DNA of 64,000 nucleotides from Acidimicrobiales bacterium (GCA_047974625.1 JBKECK010000042.1:3320-67319); one strand, 5' to 3'; positions 9,228-18,894 are shown, counted from the stretch's first letter. Translations and numbers: made by a program. The notes: generated by a model from the sequence alone, not told the origin.

Positions 9228-9829
9228 GCCTGTCCGATTCCACCGACGCGGTGCTGGCCAGCCGCCCCACCGACGACCAGCGGGCCGCCCTGTCGGCCCT
9301 CGAACCGGTGGGGACGGGCGCGACCATGCTCACCTGGCGCCACCGTCCCCCCACCGGCGGCCGGGCCGTGGAGGTGGCGGCCGGCACTTCGGACCTAGCC
9401 GTGGCCGACGAGGCCCGTCTCACCCTGGAGGCCCTCGGCCACCGCGTGGACACCGTCTGCGACGTGGGCGTGGCCGGCCTCCACCGCCTGCTCGGCCAGC
9501 TCGACCGCATCGCCGCCGCCGAGGTGGTGATCGCGGTGGCGGGCATGGAGGGTGCCCTGGCCACGGTCCTGGCCGGCCTGATCGCCGGGCCGGTCATCGC
9601 GGTACCGACCTCGGTGGGCTATGGCGTGACCGAGGGGGGCCGGACCGCCCTCATGGCCATGCTGGCCAGCTGCGCCCCCGGGGTGGTCGTGGTGGGCATC
9701 GACAACGGGTACGGGGCCGCCTGCGCCGCCCACCGCGTCCTCTCCACCCGCCACCCCGGCCCCGCCGCGACCCGTGAGGCCGCCGCAGCCCGGGCCGCGG
9801 CCCCGCCGGTCCGACCGGCCCCACGATGA
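9122..9829 (+). CDS. larB: LarB, nickel-pincer cofactor carboxylase/hydrolase (PurE-like); start codon undefined
   Basis: Frame of track ORF 8459..9829. Homology starts at [25 protein letters not shown] and continues with [38 protein letters not shown] and [11 protein letters not shown]. There is no ATG/GTG/TTG in this frame from 8822 to 9196. The 5' coordinate marks the start of the homologous region only. Confidence 0.7.
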   Translation, partial: PSLRLDLDRSRRIDLPEAVYCPSKSVDDCVTAVRLSLSDSTDAVLASRPTDDQRAALSALEPVGTGATMLTWRHRPPTGGRAVEVAAGTSDLAVADEARLTLEALGHRVDTVCDVGVAGLHRLLGQLDRIAAAEVVIAVAGMEGALATVLAGLIAGPVIAVPTSVGYGVTEGGRTALMAMLASCAPGVVVVGIDNGYGAACAAHRVLSTRHPGPAATREAAAARAAAPPVRPAPR

Positions 9830-11070
9830 CGGGGGCCACCGGCCGCCTGATGTGGCTGGACCCCACCTTCGGGGCGGCCGGGGACATGCTCCTCGGTGCC
9901 CTCGTGGGCCTGGGCGCCCCCGTCGAGGGGATCCGGGCCGACCTGGACCGGCTCCGGATCGACGGCTGGGGGTTCGACGTCGAACCGGTGACCCGCTCCG
10001 GCCTGTCGGCGACGCGGGCCGTGGTCACCGCACCGGCCGGTCACGCCCACCGGCCGTGGTCCCTGATCGACGCCACCCTGGCCGGGGCCGGCCTGCCCGG
10101 CCCGGTGGCCGCCGGGGCCCGGCGCACCTTCGCCCGCCTGGCCGAGGTGGAGGCCGGCATCCACCGGGTCCCGGTCGACGAGGTCGCCTTCCACGAGGTC
10201 GGCGCCGTGGACGCCATCGTCGACGTCGTCGGCACCTGGTCGGCCCTCGTGGCCCTCGGGGTCGACCGTGTCGTCACGGGCCCGGTCGGCCTGGGCCACG
10301 GCACCGTCGGCTCGGCCCACGGCCGGCTGCCGGTGCCCAGCCCGGCCACCGCCGACCTCCTGGCCGGTGCCCCCGTCCACCCCCTGGACATCGGCCTGGA
10401 GACCGTGACGCCCACCGGCGCCGCCCTCCTGGCCACCATGACCGACCGGTGGGGCCCGATCCCGGCCGGCCGCTTGCGGGCCACCGCCCGCGGGGCCGGC
10501 ACCCGGGACCCCGGCGGGCACCCCAATGTGGTCACCGCCATCCTCCTCGACGGCGCGGACGCCCCCGGAACCAGCGCCGGGCCCGGGGCGGTCCCGGAAC
10601 CGGCGGTGGAGCTGAGCACCAACCTCGACGACGTCACCCCCGAGGTGGTGGCCCGAACCGTGGAGGAGCTGCTCGACGCCGGGGCCGACGACGCCTGGGT
10701 GGTCCCGGTGGTCATGAAGAAGGGCCGCCCCGGCCACCTCCTCCACGCCCTCACCGGTGAACGCCTCGCCCCCGCCCTGATCGACCTGATCGCCCGACGC
10801 ACGGGGACCCTCGGGGTCCGGAGCCGTACGCTGACCAAGCACCGGTTCCCCCGCCACACCACCACGGTGGTGGTCCGGGACCAGGTCGTCCGGGTCAAGT
10901 ACGGACCCTACGGGGCGAAACCCGAACACGAGGACCTGGTAGCCGCGTCCATCGCCACCGGCGAGGCCGTCCGCCAGCTCGCCCTCGAAGCCGGTCGGGC
11001 CGCCCGCCCCGACGAGCCGATACCCGGGAACGCCGACCCGGGCCCCGGAACTGTTCCCTCCAAAAAGTGA
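9826..11070 (+). CDS. larC: LarC, nickel insertion protein (UPF0272/DUF111)
   Basis: [37 protein letters not shown] and VTPTGAALL are LarC hallmarks. Its ATG overlaps the larB stop (ATGA at 9826-9829). Confidence 0.85.
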   Translation: MTGATGRLMWLDPTFGAAGDMLLGALVGLGAPVEGIRADLDRLRIDGWGFDVEPVTRSGLSATRAVVTAPAGHAHRPWSLIDATLAGAGLPGPVAAGARRTFARLAEVEAGIHRVPVDEVAFHEVGAVDAIVDVVGTWSALVALGVDRVVTGPVGLGHGTVGSAHGRLPVPSPATADLLAGAPVHPLDIGLETVTPTGAALLATMTDRWGPIPAGRLRATARGAGTRDPGGHPNVVTAILLDGADAPGTSAGPGAVPEPAVELSTNLDDVTPEVVARTVEELLDAGADDAWVVPVVMKKGRPGHLLHALTGERLAPALIDLIARRTGTLGVRSRTLTKHRFPRHTTTVVVRDQVVRVKYGPYGAKPEHEDLVAASIATGEAVRQLALEAGRAARPDEPIPGNADPGPGTVPSKK

Positions 11071-11079
11071 TTTCTACCC

Positions 11080-11601
11080 ATGCCCCAGGCCAGAATTGAT
11101 GTGATGCACCCAGACCCGAGCAGCGACGTCGAACTCCGTCGTCGAGTCGGCTCGGCCTGGAGGCAGGTCCGACGCGGAGCCAGCGCGCTCCAGCTCAAGG
11201 ACGTCTTCTACGGCGACCACTCAAACGAGACCCTGGACATGGCCCTGGCCGACGCCCTCAGCGTCATCTGCCAGAACGGCCCGTTGCGCATGGGGGAACT
11301 GGCCGACGCCCTCCAGATCACCCCGGCGTCCACCACCCGGGCTGTGAGCTGCCTGGTGGACAAGGGCTACGTGGAACGGGTCAAGGCCGCCGACGACCAC
11401 CGGTCGATCCTGGTGTCGGCCACCCCGGTCGGGCGGGACCGGATGGAGATCATCAACAGCCGGGTCCAGGCCGGCCTGGGCCAGATCCTGAACGAGTTCA
11501 GCGTCGACGAACAGGTCCAGTTGGCCGAGCTGCTGGAACGCTTCGTAGAGTCGGTCGACCGGTTCGTGGCGTCCCAGACGACCACCGGGAGGGGCGACTA
11601 A
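11080..11601 (+). CDS. MarR-family transcriptional regulator
   Basis: It has a winged-helix core, LRMGELADALQITPASTTRAVSCLVDKGYVERVKAADDHRSILVSATPVGR. An alternative ATG lies at 11104. Confidence 0.85.
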   Translation: MPQARIDVMHPDPSSDVELRRRVGSAWRQVRRGASALQLKDVFYGDHSNETLDMALADALSVICQNGPLRMGELADALQITPASTTRAVSCLVDKGYVERVKAADDHRSILVSATPVGRDRMEIINSRVQAGLGQILNEFSVDEQVQLAELLERFVESVDRFVASQTTTGRGD

Positions 11602-11650
11602 CGTCACCCTCCCCGGATCGCCCTCGCCGCCGGAGCCGATCCGCGATTCA

Positions 11651-11726
11651 GTCGTTCGAATCCAAGTCCGTTCGAACCGGTCGTTCGAATCCAAGTCCGT
11701 TCGAACCGGTCGTTCGAATCCAAGTC
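11651..11726. repeat. 29-bp tandem repeat x2.6 carrying five TTCGAA palindromes
   Basis: Unit gtcgttcgaatccaagtccgttcgaaccg at 11651-11679 and 11680-11708, partial to 11726. TTCGAA occurs at 11655, 11671, 11684, 11700 and 11713 (alternating 16/13-bp spacing). It lies in the intergenic region between the MarR gene and the ADH gene. Confidence 0.95.
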
Positions 11727-11778
11727 AACGCCAACCATCCCGGCGCCTCCCGGCGCCCGACAGAGGGGACCCCGTTCC

Positions 11779-12873
11779 ATGAAGGCTGCCGTTCTCGAGT
11801 CGGCTCCCGGCTCACTCCAGATCGAGGACATCGTCATCGACAAGCCCGGTCCCCGCGAGGTGCTGATTCGTACCTCCGCGGCCGGCCTGTGCCACAGCGA
11901 CCTTCACTTCATGGAGGGCAAGTACCCCTACCCGTGCCCTGCGGTGCTCGGCCACGAGTCGGCCGGCGTGGTGGAGGCGGTCGGATCCGCCGTCTCCTAC
12001 GTGAAGCCGGGTGACCACGTGATCACCTGCCTGTCGGCGTTCTGCGGCTCCTGCGCCCAGTGCATCAGCGGTCACCTGTCCCTGTGCGAGAACAAGAACA
12101 CCGAGCTGGTGCGGGGTCCGGGAGAGAAGTCCCGCCTGTCCCGCCCCGACGGGGAGACGGTCAGCACCTTCCTGCACCTCTCGTCGTTCGCCGAGCAGAT
12201 GCTCATCCACGAGCACGCCCTGGTGAAGATCCACCCCGACATGCCGCTCGACCGGGCCGCCCTCATCGGCTGCGGCGTGACCACCGGGCTGGGCGCCGTG
12301 TTCCGCACCGCCAAGGTCGAACCCGGCTCCACCGTGGCCGTCATCGGCTGTGGCGGCATCGGCCTCTCGGCCATCCAGGGCGCCCGGATCGCCGGGGCCA
12401 ACAAGGTCATCGCCGTGGACATGGTGCCCCTGAAACTGGAGCTGGCCCAGGCCATGGGGGCCACCCACGTGGTCAACGCAGCCGACGGTGACCCAGTGGC
12501 CGCCGTCCGGGAGCTCACCGACGGGCAGGGCGTCCACAACTCGTTCGAGGCCGTGGGTATGGCGGCCACCGCCGAGCAGGCGTTCAAGATGATCCGCAAC
12601 GGGGGTCAGGCCACCGTGATCGGCATGATCCCGGTGGGCACCAGCGTCTCGATCCACGGACCGGAGCTCCTGTCGGAGAAGACCCTGACCGGATCCAACA
12701 TGGGCTCCAACCAGTTCCGCACCGACATGCCCCGCTTCGTCGAGATGTACCTCGACGGTCGCCTCATGCTCGACGAGATGGTGTCGAAGACCATCAACCT
12801 GGACCAGATCAACGAGGGCTTCGAGGAGATGAAGACCGGGACCGTGGCCCGGAGCGTCATCGTCTTCGACTGA
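11779..12873 (+). CDS. zinc-dependent alcohol dehydrogenase (MDR superfamily)
   Basis: It has GLCHSDLH, GHESAGVVEAVG, a structural-zinc Cys cluster (CGSCAQC) and the Rossmann motif VAVIGCGGIGLS. Confidence 0.9.
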   Translation: MKAAVLESAPGSLQIEDIVIDKPGPREVLIRTSAAGLCHSDLHFMEGKYPYPCPAVLGHESAGVVEAVGSAVSYVKPGDHVITCLSAFCGSCAQCISGHLSLCENKNTELVRGPGEKSRLSRPDGETVSTFLHLSSFAEQMLIHEHALVKIHPDMPLDRAALIGCGVTTGLGAVFRTAKVEPGSTVAVIGCGGIGLSAIQGARIAGANKVIAVDMVPLKLELAQAMGATHVVNAADGDPVAAVRELTDGQGVHNSFEAVGMAATAEQAFKMIRNGGQATVIGMIPVGTSVSIHGPELLSEKTLTGSNMGSNQFRTDMPRFVEMYLDGRLMLDEMVSKTINLDQINEGFEEMKTGTVARSVIVFD

Positions 12874-12921
12874 TCCCGGTCTGCCGTCCTCCGGCGCCTG
12901 TCGGCCCCGGAGGGCCCCGGC

Positions 12922-14076
12922 TCATCGGGCGCTGACGCTGCCGAGCGTGGCCAGTTCGGCCCGGAGCCGGTGTAACTCCATGTCCCGTCGGTCGTAGTCG
13001 GCGGCGATCATCTGGGTCCGGGCCTCGGCCTGGAACATGGTGAGGTGCCGGGCGTAGCGGACGGCCGCGTCGGACACCGGGGGTGCGTGGGCGGCCAGGT
13101 GCAGGGCCAGGGTGTAGGCGGCCGACCGCTCGCCCTGGCCCAGACGGTAAGGGTCCGGGTCCCGTTCCAGCAGGGTCATGGCCTCCTGGGCCAGTTCACC
13201 GGCCTCGGCCAGCTCACCAGAGTCCGACCGCTTTACCGCGTCGGCCAGCAGCAGGTAGGCGAGACCCTCCAGGTCGCCGTAGCCCTGTTCCATGTCCACC
13301 GGAATCGGTATCCGGAACCGCGGGGCCTCCCCGGCCAGGGCGGAGATGAGGGCGTAGATGGCCGTGACGTCGGCCCACCAGCGGTTGACCCCGTTGAAGA
13401 CCTCCTTCTTGATGTGGACCTCGAAGGAGCGTTTCCACCGCCCGATGCGGTCCCGTTTGCCCATCTCGTAGGCCTGGGCGGCGATGCCGACGATGGCGTA
13501 GCCCTGGTTGTAGACCGCGGTCCGTCGGGAGTTGGCCAGGATCGGCCGCAGGGTGGGGGGTACGGGCACGTCGGTGGCCTCGATGGCCCGCACGGTCATC
13601 TCCTCCACGATCGGCCACAGTTGGGCCTGGCGGTAGGCGAGGCCGCACATGATGTACGCCCCGGGCCGCATCACGGCCGAACCGCGGCCGGTCTCCAGCA
13701 GGGCCGTCGCCCGGGCCAGCTTGGCCGTGACCCGGTCGTTGTAGACCCCGGGATCGAGGAACTCGATCTCGACCACCAGGGCCTTGGCCATGAGGGCGAA
13801 GTCCTGGGATCCGGCCGCCGCCGCGCTCAGGGCGGTGACGAATGGGCGGAAGTCGTCGCCCCGGAGCCGGGCCCCGATGGCGTTGCCGTGGTTGACGGCG
13901 AAGATGACGTCGTGCCAGTCGTTCCGGACCGCCGCCTCCATCCTCGTGGCCTGTTCGGTCGAGTTGGGGTCGAAACCGTCCTGGTTGTACTGGATCTCGC
14001 CGATGTACAGCTGTGCCTCGACGAGCGCCTGGTCGTGTTCGACTTCTCCTGTCTGTCGAGACGGTTCTGGACCCAC
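12922..14076 (-). CDS. hypothetical all-helical protein, co-directional with and downstream of the flavin monooxygenase
   Basis: This is the C-terminal part of track ORF 12922..14343, with a coding-like composition (e.g. WHDVIFAVNHGNAIGARLRGDDF, AYIMCGLAYRQAQLWPIVEEM, FEVHIKKEVFNGVNRWWADV). I recognise no family. Start provisionally at GTG 14076. Confidence 0.5.
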   Translation of the reverse strand: MGPEPSRQTGEVEHDQALVEAQLYIGEIQYNQDGFDPNSTEQATRMEAAVRNDWHDVIFAVNHGNAIGARLRGDDFRPFVTALSAAAAGSQDFALMAKALVVEIEFLDPGVYNDRVTAKLARATALLETGRGSAVMRPGAYIMCGLAYRQAQLWPIVEEMTVRAIEATDVPVPPTLRPILANSRRTAVYNQGYAIVGIAAQAYEMGKRDRIGRWKRSFEVHIKKEVFNGVNRWWADVTAIYALISALAGEAPRFRIPIPVDMEQGYGDLEGLAYLLLADAVKRSDSGELAEAGELAQEAMTLLERDPDPYRLGQGERSAAYTLALHLAAHAPPVSDAAVRYARHLTMFQAEARTQMIAADYDRRDMELHRLRAELATLGSVSAR

Positions 14077-14192
14077 ATCTGGCCATCGGCGCGCGGACGG
14101 CGCACCTGAGTAGAACGACCCACAAAGTCGCACCGTGAGGGGGACGGGCGCCGTCACCAGGGGGAGGCGCGGGCCCGACGCCGGGTGCCCGG

Positions 14193-15911
14193 TCAGTCCG
14201 CCAGGGCCACCGGCCCGATGGCCTCGTAGCAGTCCCCGGGTCCGGGGTTGGTACGGTGGGTGCGGCCCCCGAAGTGGGTCATGATCCCCCACACCGCGTT
14301 CAGGGCGGTCCGCACCGCGCCCTCGACCCAACCCGGGGTCCACGACACGTCATCCCCGGCCAGGAACAGGCCGCGTTCCCACGGGGGCAGCCCGTCCTGG
14401 AGGAAGTGGGAGTGCATCCGCCGGTTGTACCGGTAGTGGCCGGGCAGGGCGCCCTTGAAGGCCCCGAGGAACAACGGGTCGGACTCCCATGACACGGTGA
14501 TCGGGTCCCCGAGGATGTGGGCGCGGAGGTCGACGGTCGGGTAGATCCGGGCCAGGGTCTCGATGGCCAGCTCGGCCCGTTCGGCCGCCGACATGGGCAT
14601 GACCTTCATGGCGTCGCTCTGCCAGGCGTAGGAGAGCAGGATCACCGCCGGTCGGCCCGGCCCGTTGTCGATCAGGTAGGTGCCCCGGGTGTTGCGGTCG
14701 GTGAGGGTCATGCTCATCGCCTCCCGGCCGGTGGCCGGGTCGATGTCGTGCCAGAACGGCCGGTCGACCATGACGAAGGTCTTGGACGACTGGGTGTAGC
14801 GGGTCCGGTCGAGGGCCATCCAGAGCTTCTGGGACAACAGCTCCTCGGCCACCTGGATGCCGGTGGTGAGCAGCCAGCTCTGGACCGTCACCAGCACGGC
14901 GTCGAACCGATCGGTGCGGCCCCACCGGTCGGTCACCGCCAGGCGTCCGTCGTCGGCCCGGTTGATGGCGGTGACGGCCGGCCGGGGGACGTCGCCGTGC
15001 AGGGCCGACACCGACGTCCCGTCCGGCCAGTGGACCAGGCGGCGCGACCCGAGGGCCCACAGCCGGCGGGGCAGCTGCTCGGCCCCGCCCACCACCAAGT
15101 GCTGATCGTCCTCGAAGGCGGCCATGACCACCCGGAAGATCTCCAGCATCGAGTTCGGGAAGTCCGAATCCCAGCCGCCGGTACCGAACCCCACCTGGCC
15201 GAACACCTCCCGGTGGCGGTAGCTGAGGCGGGAGAACGAGGGGGCGGTGGCCACGAAGTCGTAGAAGGTGCGGTCGTCCCAGGCCTCGACCAGGGGGTTC
15301 CAGATCTCCTTGACCGCGGCCACGTCACGGCGGCGCATGGCGTCGTGGATCTCCGGTAGGCGGGCCACGGAGGCGAGGGCATCGTCCCAGGCCGCGGCCA
15401 CCTCCCGGAACAAGGGGGGCAGATCGTCGAGGGTGCGGGCGAAGTGGGTCTCCCCCTCCAGGTCGATCACGGTGGTGGGGGCGAACGGGGTCAACGGGTT
15501 GGGGAACGGCCGGGTCTCCAGGCGGCAGAGGTCCAGGTAGTGCCACATCGTCGTCCCGGAACGGGGGAACCGCATCCCGCCCAACTCGGCCACGACCTCG
15601 GGGGCGGCCGGGAACCGTTCGGACCGCAGCCGGCCCCCGATCCGATCGGCCTCGTACACCACCGGCCTCAGGCCGAGGCGCAACAACTCGTGGGCGGCCA
15701 CCATCCCGGCCACGCCGGCGCCCACCACGGCCACCTCGCGGCCGTGGGCCTCCGGGGGGATGGTTCCCAGCCCGTCGGGGTGGGCGAGCCACCGGTCGAA
15801 CGAGAAGGGGAAGTCCGGGCCGAATGCGCTGAGCTCCAAGACCCCCACCCTAGTCACCGGCCACCCCCGGATCGGGGACGCCGGGGTCCGGGGGCCGGCA
15901 GCCAATAGCAT
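14193..15911 (-). CDS. FAD-dependent amino-acid 2-monooxygenase/oxidase (tryptophan 2-monooxygenase IaaM-like, flavin amine oxidase family)
   Basis: It has the dinucleotide fold VAVVGAGVAGMVAAHELLRLGLRPVVYEA.DRIGGR, plus ELGGMRFP, GFGTGGWDSDF and C-terminal LAGDDVSWTPGWVEGAVRTALNAV. These closely parallel Pseudomonas IaaM as I recall it. Only the last 572 of 928 track codons are used (ATG 15911, alternative GTG 15848), because the divergent gene starts at 15918. Confidence 0.8.
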   Translation of the reverse strand: MLLAAGPRTPASPIRGWPVTRVGVLELSAFGPDFPFSFDRWLAHPDGLGTIPPEAHGREVAVVGAGVAGMVAAHELLRLGLRPVVYEADRIGGRLRSERFPAAPEVVAELGGMRFPRSGTTMWHYLDLCRLETRPFPNPLTPFAPTTVIDLEGETHFARTLDDLPPLFREVAAAWDDALASVARLPEIHDAMRRRDVAAVKEIWNPLVEAWDDRTFYDFVATAPSFSRLSYRHREVFGQVGFGTGGWDSDFPNSMLEIFRVVMAAFEDDQHLVVGGAEQLPRRLWALGSRRLVHWPDGTSVSALHGDVPRPAVTAINRADDGRLAVTDRWGRTDRFDAVLVTVQSWLLTTGIQVAEELLSQKLWMALDRTRYTQSSKTFVMVDRPFWHDIDPATGREAMSMTLTDRNTRGTYLIDNGPGRPAVILLSYAWQSDAMKVMPMSAAERAELAIETLARIYPTVDLRAHILGDPITVSWESDPLFLGAFKGALPGHYRYNRRMHSHFLQDGLPPWERGLFLAGDDVSWTPGWVEGAVRTALNAVWGIMTHFGGRTHRTNPGPGDCYEAIGPVALAD

Positions 15912-15917
15912 CACAGG

Positions 15918-17108
15918 ATGTCTCTGCGCTTCGGCCGTCAGATGGTCGCGACGCCCGGACCGTCGGTGATCCCCGATCGGGTCCTGACGGCCATGGCCAC
16001 CCCGATGCCCAACCTGTACGAAGGCGAGATCGTCGAGATCTCTCATTCCCTCGTCGCCGACCTTCCCGGCCTGGTCCAGACGGGGGGTGAACCGTTCATG
16101 GTGATCGGCAACGGGCACGCCGCCTGGCAGATGTCCATCGCCAACACCCTGACCCGGGGCGACCGGGTGCTCGTGCTCGAATCGGGCCGGTTCGCCCTGT
16201 ACTGGGGGGAGATGGCCCGCCAGGCCGGGATCGAGGTGGAGGTCCTCCCCGGCGACAACCGGGGCCCGGTGGACCCCGCCGCCCTCGAGGCCCGCCTGGC
16301 CGCTGACGCCGGCCACACGATCCGGGCCGTGCTCACCGTCCACACCGACACCGCCAGCTCGGTCCGCAACGACGTGCCCGCCCTGCGGGCGGCCATGGAC
16401 GCCGCCGGTCACCCGGCCCTGCTGATGGTGGACGCCATCGCCTCCCTGGGTTGCGAGCGGTACGAGATGGACGCCTGGGGGGTGGACCTCACCGTGGGGG
16501 CCTGCCAGAAGGGTCTGATGGTGCCACCCGGGCTCGCCTTCGTGTGGGCGGGCCCCCGCGCCCTGGAGGCCCAACGGTCGATGACGGTGGAGAGCGGCTA
16601 CTTCGACTGGTCGCTCCGCATGAACGTCGAGGCCCACTACCAGCTCTACTCCGGCACCCCGCCCATCTCGCATCTGTACGGGCTCCGGGCCGCCCTGGAC
16701 CTGATCACCGAGGAGGGCGGACTCGAGGCGGTGTGGGCCCGGCACCAGGTGCTGGCCGACGCCACCCGGGCCGCGGTGGACGCCTGGGCCACCCCGGACG
16801 GGATCGAGCCCAACATCATCGATCCGGCGTCCCGTTCGAACGCGGTGACCACCATCCTCACCCACGGGATAGACGCCGCTCGCCTGTCCCAGATCTGCGA
16901 CGACCGGGCCGGCCTCACCCTCGGCCTGGGCATCGGGGACTACCGCGGCCGGTCGTTCCGGATCGGCCACATGGGCCACCTCAACCCCCCGATGCTGCTC
17001 GGCACGATCGGCACGATCGAGGCCGCCCTGGGCGCCATGCGGGCACCCACGGCGGGGTCCGGGGTGGCCGCCGCGGCCGAGGTGGTGGCCGCCGGCCTCC
17101 GGTCCTGA
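15918..17108 (+). CDS. class V pyridoxal-phosphate aminotransferase (serine/alanine-glyoxylate aminotransferase family)
   Basis: PGPSVIPDRVL, VLTVHTDTASSV, VDAIASLG, ACQKGLMVPPGL (PLP lysine context) and FRIGHMG match the AGXT/SgaA family. Confidence 0.85.
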   Translation: MSLRFGRQMVATPGPSVIPDRVLTAMATPMPNLYEGEIVEISHSLVADLPGLVQTGGEPFMVIGNGHAAWQMSIANTLTRGDRVLVLESGRFALYWGEMARQAGIEVEVLPGDNRGPVDPAALEARLAADAGHTIRAVLTVHTDTASSVRNDVPALRAAMDAAGHPALLMVDAIASLGCERYEMDAWGVDLTVGACQKGLMVPPGLAFVWAGPRALEAQRSMTVESGYFDWSLRMNVEAHYQLYSGTPPISHLYGLRAALDLITEEGGLEAVWARHQVLADATRAAVDAWATPDGIEPNIIDPASRSNAVTTILTHGIDAARLSQICDDRAGLTLGLGIGDYRGRSFRIGHMGHLNPPMLLGTIGTIEAALGAMRAPTAGSGVAAAAEVVAAGLRS

Positions 17109-17209
17109 TCAGAACCTGATCCGGGCCGGACCCCGGGGGGGCGGGCCGCAGGTTACCGGCGGGTCCGTCCTGATGGGCGGCGACAGCGCCGGCTCACTAG
17201 GCTCGGCCC

Positions 17210-18088
17210 ATGCCGAGAGCGACCAATGGCCCGACCGAGATCGAATACGACACCTTCGGCGCGCCCACCGACCCCGCCGTCCTGCTGATCATGGGGTATA
17301 CGGCCCAGATGACCGCGTGGGACGAGCGGTTCTGCCAGCAGATCGCCGACCGGAGCTACTTCGTGATCCGCTTCGACAACCGCGACGTAGGCCTCAGCTC
17401 GAAGACCGAGGGCACGGCCCCGAGCCTCCTCTCCCTCGTGGTTGCGGTGCAGTCCGGGGAACCGCTGCCCGACGTGCCCTACACCCTCTCCGACATGGCC
17501 GCCGACGGCCTGGCCGTGCTGGACGACCTGGGCGTCGAGCGGGCCCACATCGTCGGCGCCTCAATGGGCGGCATGATCGCCCAGCAGCTGGCCATCGACC
17601 ATCCGGAGCGGGTGATCTCCCTCACCTCGATCATGTCCACCACGGGCAACCCGGAGGTGGGTCAGGCGTCGGACGAAGCCATGATGGCCCTGGTCAGCCC
17701 CGTGCCCACCGAGCGCGACGACATCATCGAACGCAGCGTGGAACTGGCCAAGCTGCTCACCGGCGTCCACTTCGACGACGCCCGGGCCCGCACCCGGGCC
17801 GCCAACGCCTACGACCGTTCCTTCCACCCCGCCGGCGCCGGGTTCCAGATGGCCGCCATCGCCGCCTCGGGCGACCGCACCGATCGGCTGGCCGGCCTGT
17901 CGGTGCCCGCCCTCGTCATCCACGGCGCCGCCGATCCGCTGGTCACCCCGTCGGGGGGTGAGGCCACGGCGGCCGCCATCCCCGGGGCCACCCTGCTGAT
18001 GGTCTCCGACATGGGCCACGACCTGCCCCCGGCCCGGTGGGACGAGATCGTCGGGGCCATCACCGACCTAGCCGGCGCCGCGGCCTGA
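17210..18088 (+). CDS. alpha/beta-fold hydrolase
   Basis: It has the nucleophile elbow HIVGASMGGMIA, FDNRDVGLS and a C-terminal His context (SDMGHDLP). Confidence 0.85.
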   Translation: MPRATNGPTEIEYDTFGAPTDPAVLLIMGYTAQMTAWDERFCQQIADRSYFVIRFDNRDVGLSSKTEGTAPSLLSLVVAVQSGEPLPDVPYTLSDMAADGLAVLDDLGVERAHIVGASMGGMIAQQLAIDHPERVISLTSIMSTTGNPEVGQASDEAMMALVSPVPTERDDIIERSVELAKLLTGVHFDDARARTRAANAYDRSFHPAGAGFQMAAIAASGDRTDRLAGLSVPALVIHGAADPLVTPSGGEATAAAIPGATLLMVSDMGHDLPPARWDEIVGAITDLAGAAA

Positions 18089-18096
18089 GGCCGACC

Positions 18097-18141
18097 CCGT
18101 GACCGGACCCGTGACCGGACCCGTGACCGGACCCGTGACCG
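18097..18141. repeat. 12-bp tandem repeat (ccgtgaccggac x3.75)
   Basis: Units at 18097, 18109, 18121 and 18133 (partial). It fills the gap between the hydrolase stop (18088) and the aggaggg RBS / GTG start (18152) of the PIG-L gene. Confidence 0.95.
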
Positions 18142-18151
18142 AGGAGGGATC

Positions 18152-18871
18152 GTGAGCGGAACCGACCTGGTGCCGGTGCCCGAGGACTGGGACCGGGCTC
18201 TGGCCGTGGTGGCCCACCCGGACGATATGGAGTACGGGGCCGCCAGCGCCGTGGCCCGCTGGGTGGAGCAGGGTAAGACCATCACCTACCTGCTGGTCAC
18301 CGACGGTGAGGCCGGGATCGACGACGTCGACCCGGCCGAGGCCGGCCCGATCCGACGCGATGAGCAGCGGGCCGGCTGCGCCGAGGTGGGTGTCGACGTC
18401 GTCGAGTTCCTCGGGCTCCCCGACGGCCTGCTGGTGGAGGGGATCGAGCTGCGGCGGCTCCTGGCCGGACAGATCCGGCGGCACCGGCCCGACGTCCTGC
18501 TGTCGATCAACTTCCGGGACAGCTGGGGCGGCCCGAGCTGGAACCATGTGGACCATCGGGTCGTCGGCCGCAGCCTGCTCGACGCGGCCCGCGACGCCGC
18601 CAACCGGTGGGTGTTCACCGACCTCGACGCCAAACCCTGGAACGGGACCCGCCTGGCCCTGTTCAGCGGCTCGCCCGAGGCTGGGCACGCGGTGGACGTG
18701 ACCGACCACCTCGACGCCGGCATCGCCTCGTTGCGCTGCCACGACCTCTACCTGTCCCACCTTGGCGGGACCATGGCCGACGCCGACACCTTCCTGCGGG
18801 CGGCGGCCGAGACCACCGGTGCCCGCCTCGGGGTGTCCCTGGCCACCGCGTTCGAACTCATCGCCCTCTGA
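18152..18871 (+). CDS. PIG-L/LmbE-family N-acetylglucosaminyl deacetylase
   Basis: It has ALAVVAHPDDMEYGAAS (AHPDD motif), a DGEAG context and HVDHRV (HxDH). GTG start preceded by gaggaggg. Confidence 0.8.
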   Translation: MSGTDLVPVPEDWDRALAVVAHPDDMEYGAASAVARWVEQGKTITYLLVTDGEAGIDDVDPAEAGPIRRDEQRAGCAEVGVDVVEFLGLPDGLLVEGIELRRLLAGQIRRHRPDVLLSINFRDSWGGPSWNHVDHRVVGRSLLDAARDAANRWVFTDLDAKPWNGTRLALFSGSPEAGHAVDVTDHLDAGIASLRCHDLYLSHLGGTMADADTFLRAAAETTGARLGVSLATAFELIAL

Positions 18872-18894
18872 GGGACGGGCCCCGGAGGGGGGCG

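Noticed and set aside
11779-12873. The Zn-ADH downstream of larC as a possible LarA-type NPN client
   Set aside because: It has the full catalytic and structural zinc ligand sets of a medium-chain dehydrogenase and no similarity to LarA/DUF2088. It is separated from larC by a MarR gene.
15912-16979. N-terminal 356 codons of track ORF 14193..16979
   Set aside because: This part runs antisense through the class V aminotransferase gene and has no flavoprotein similarity. The monooxygenase homology begins near FPFSFDRW, so the start was moved to 15911 or 15848.
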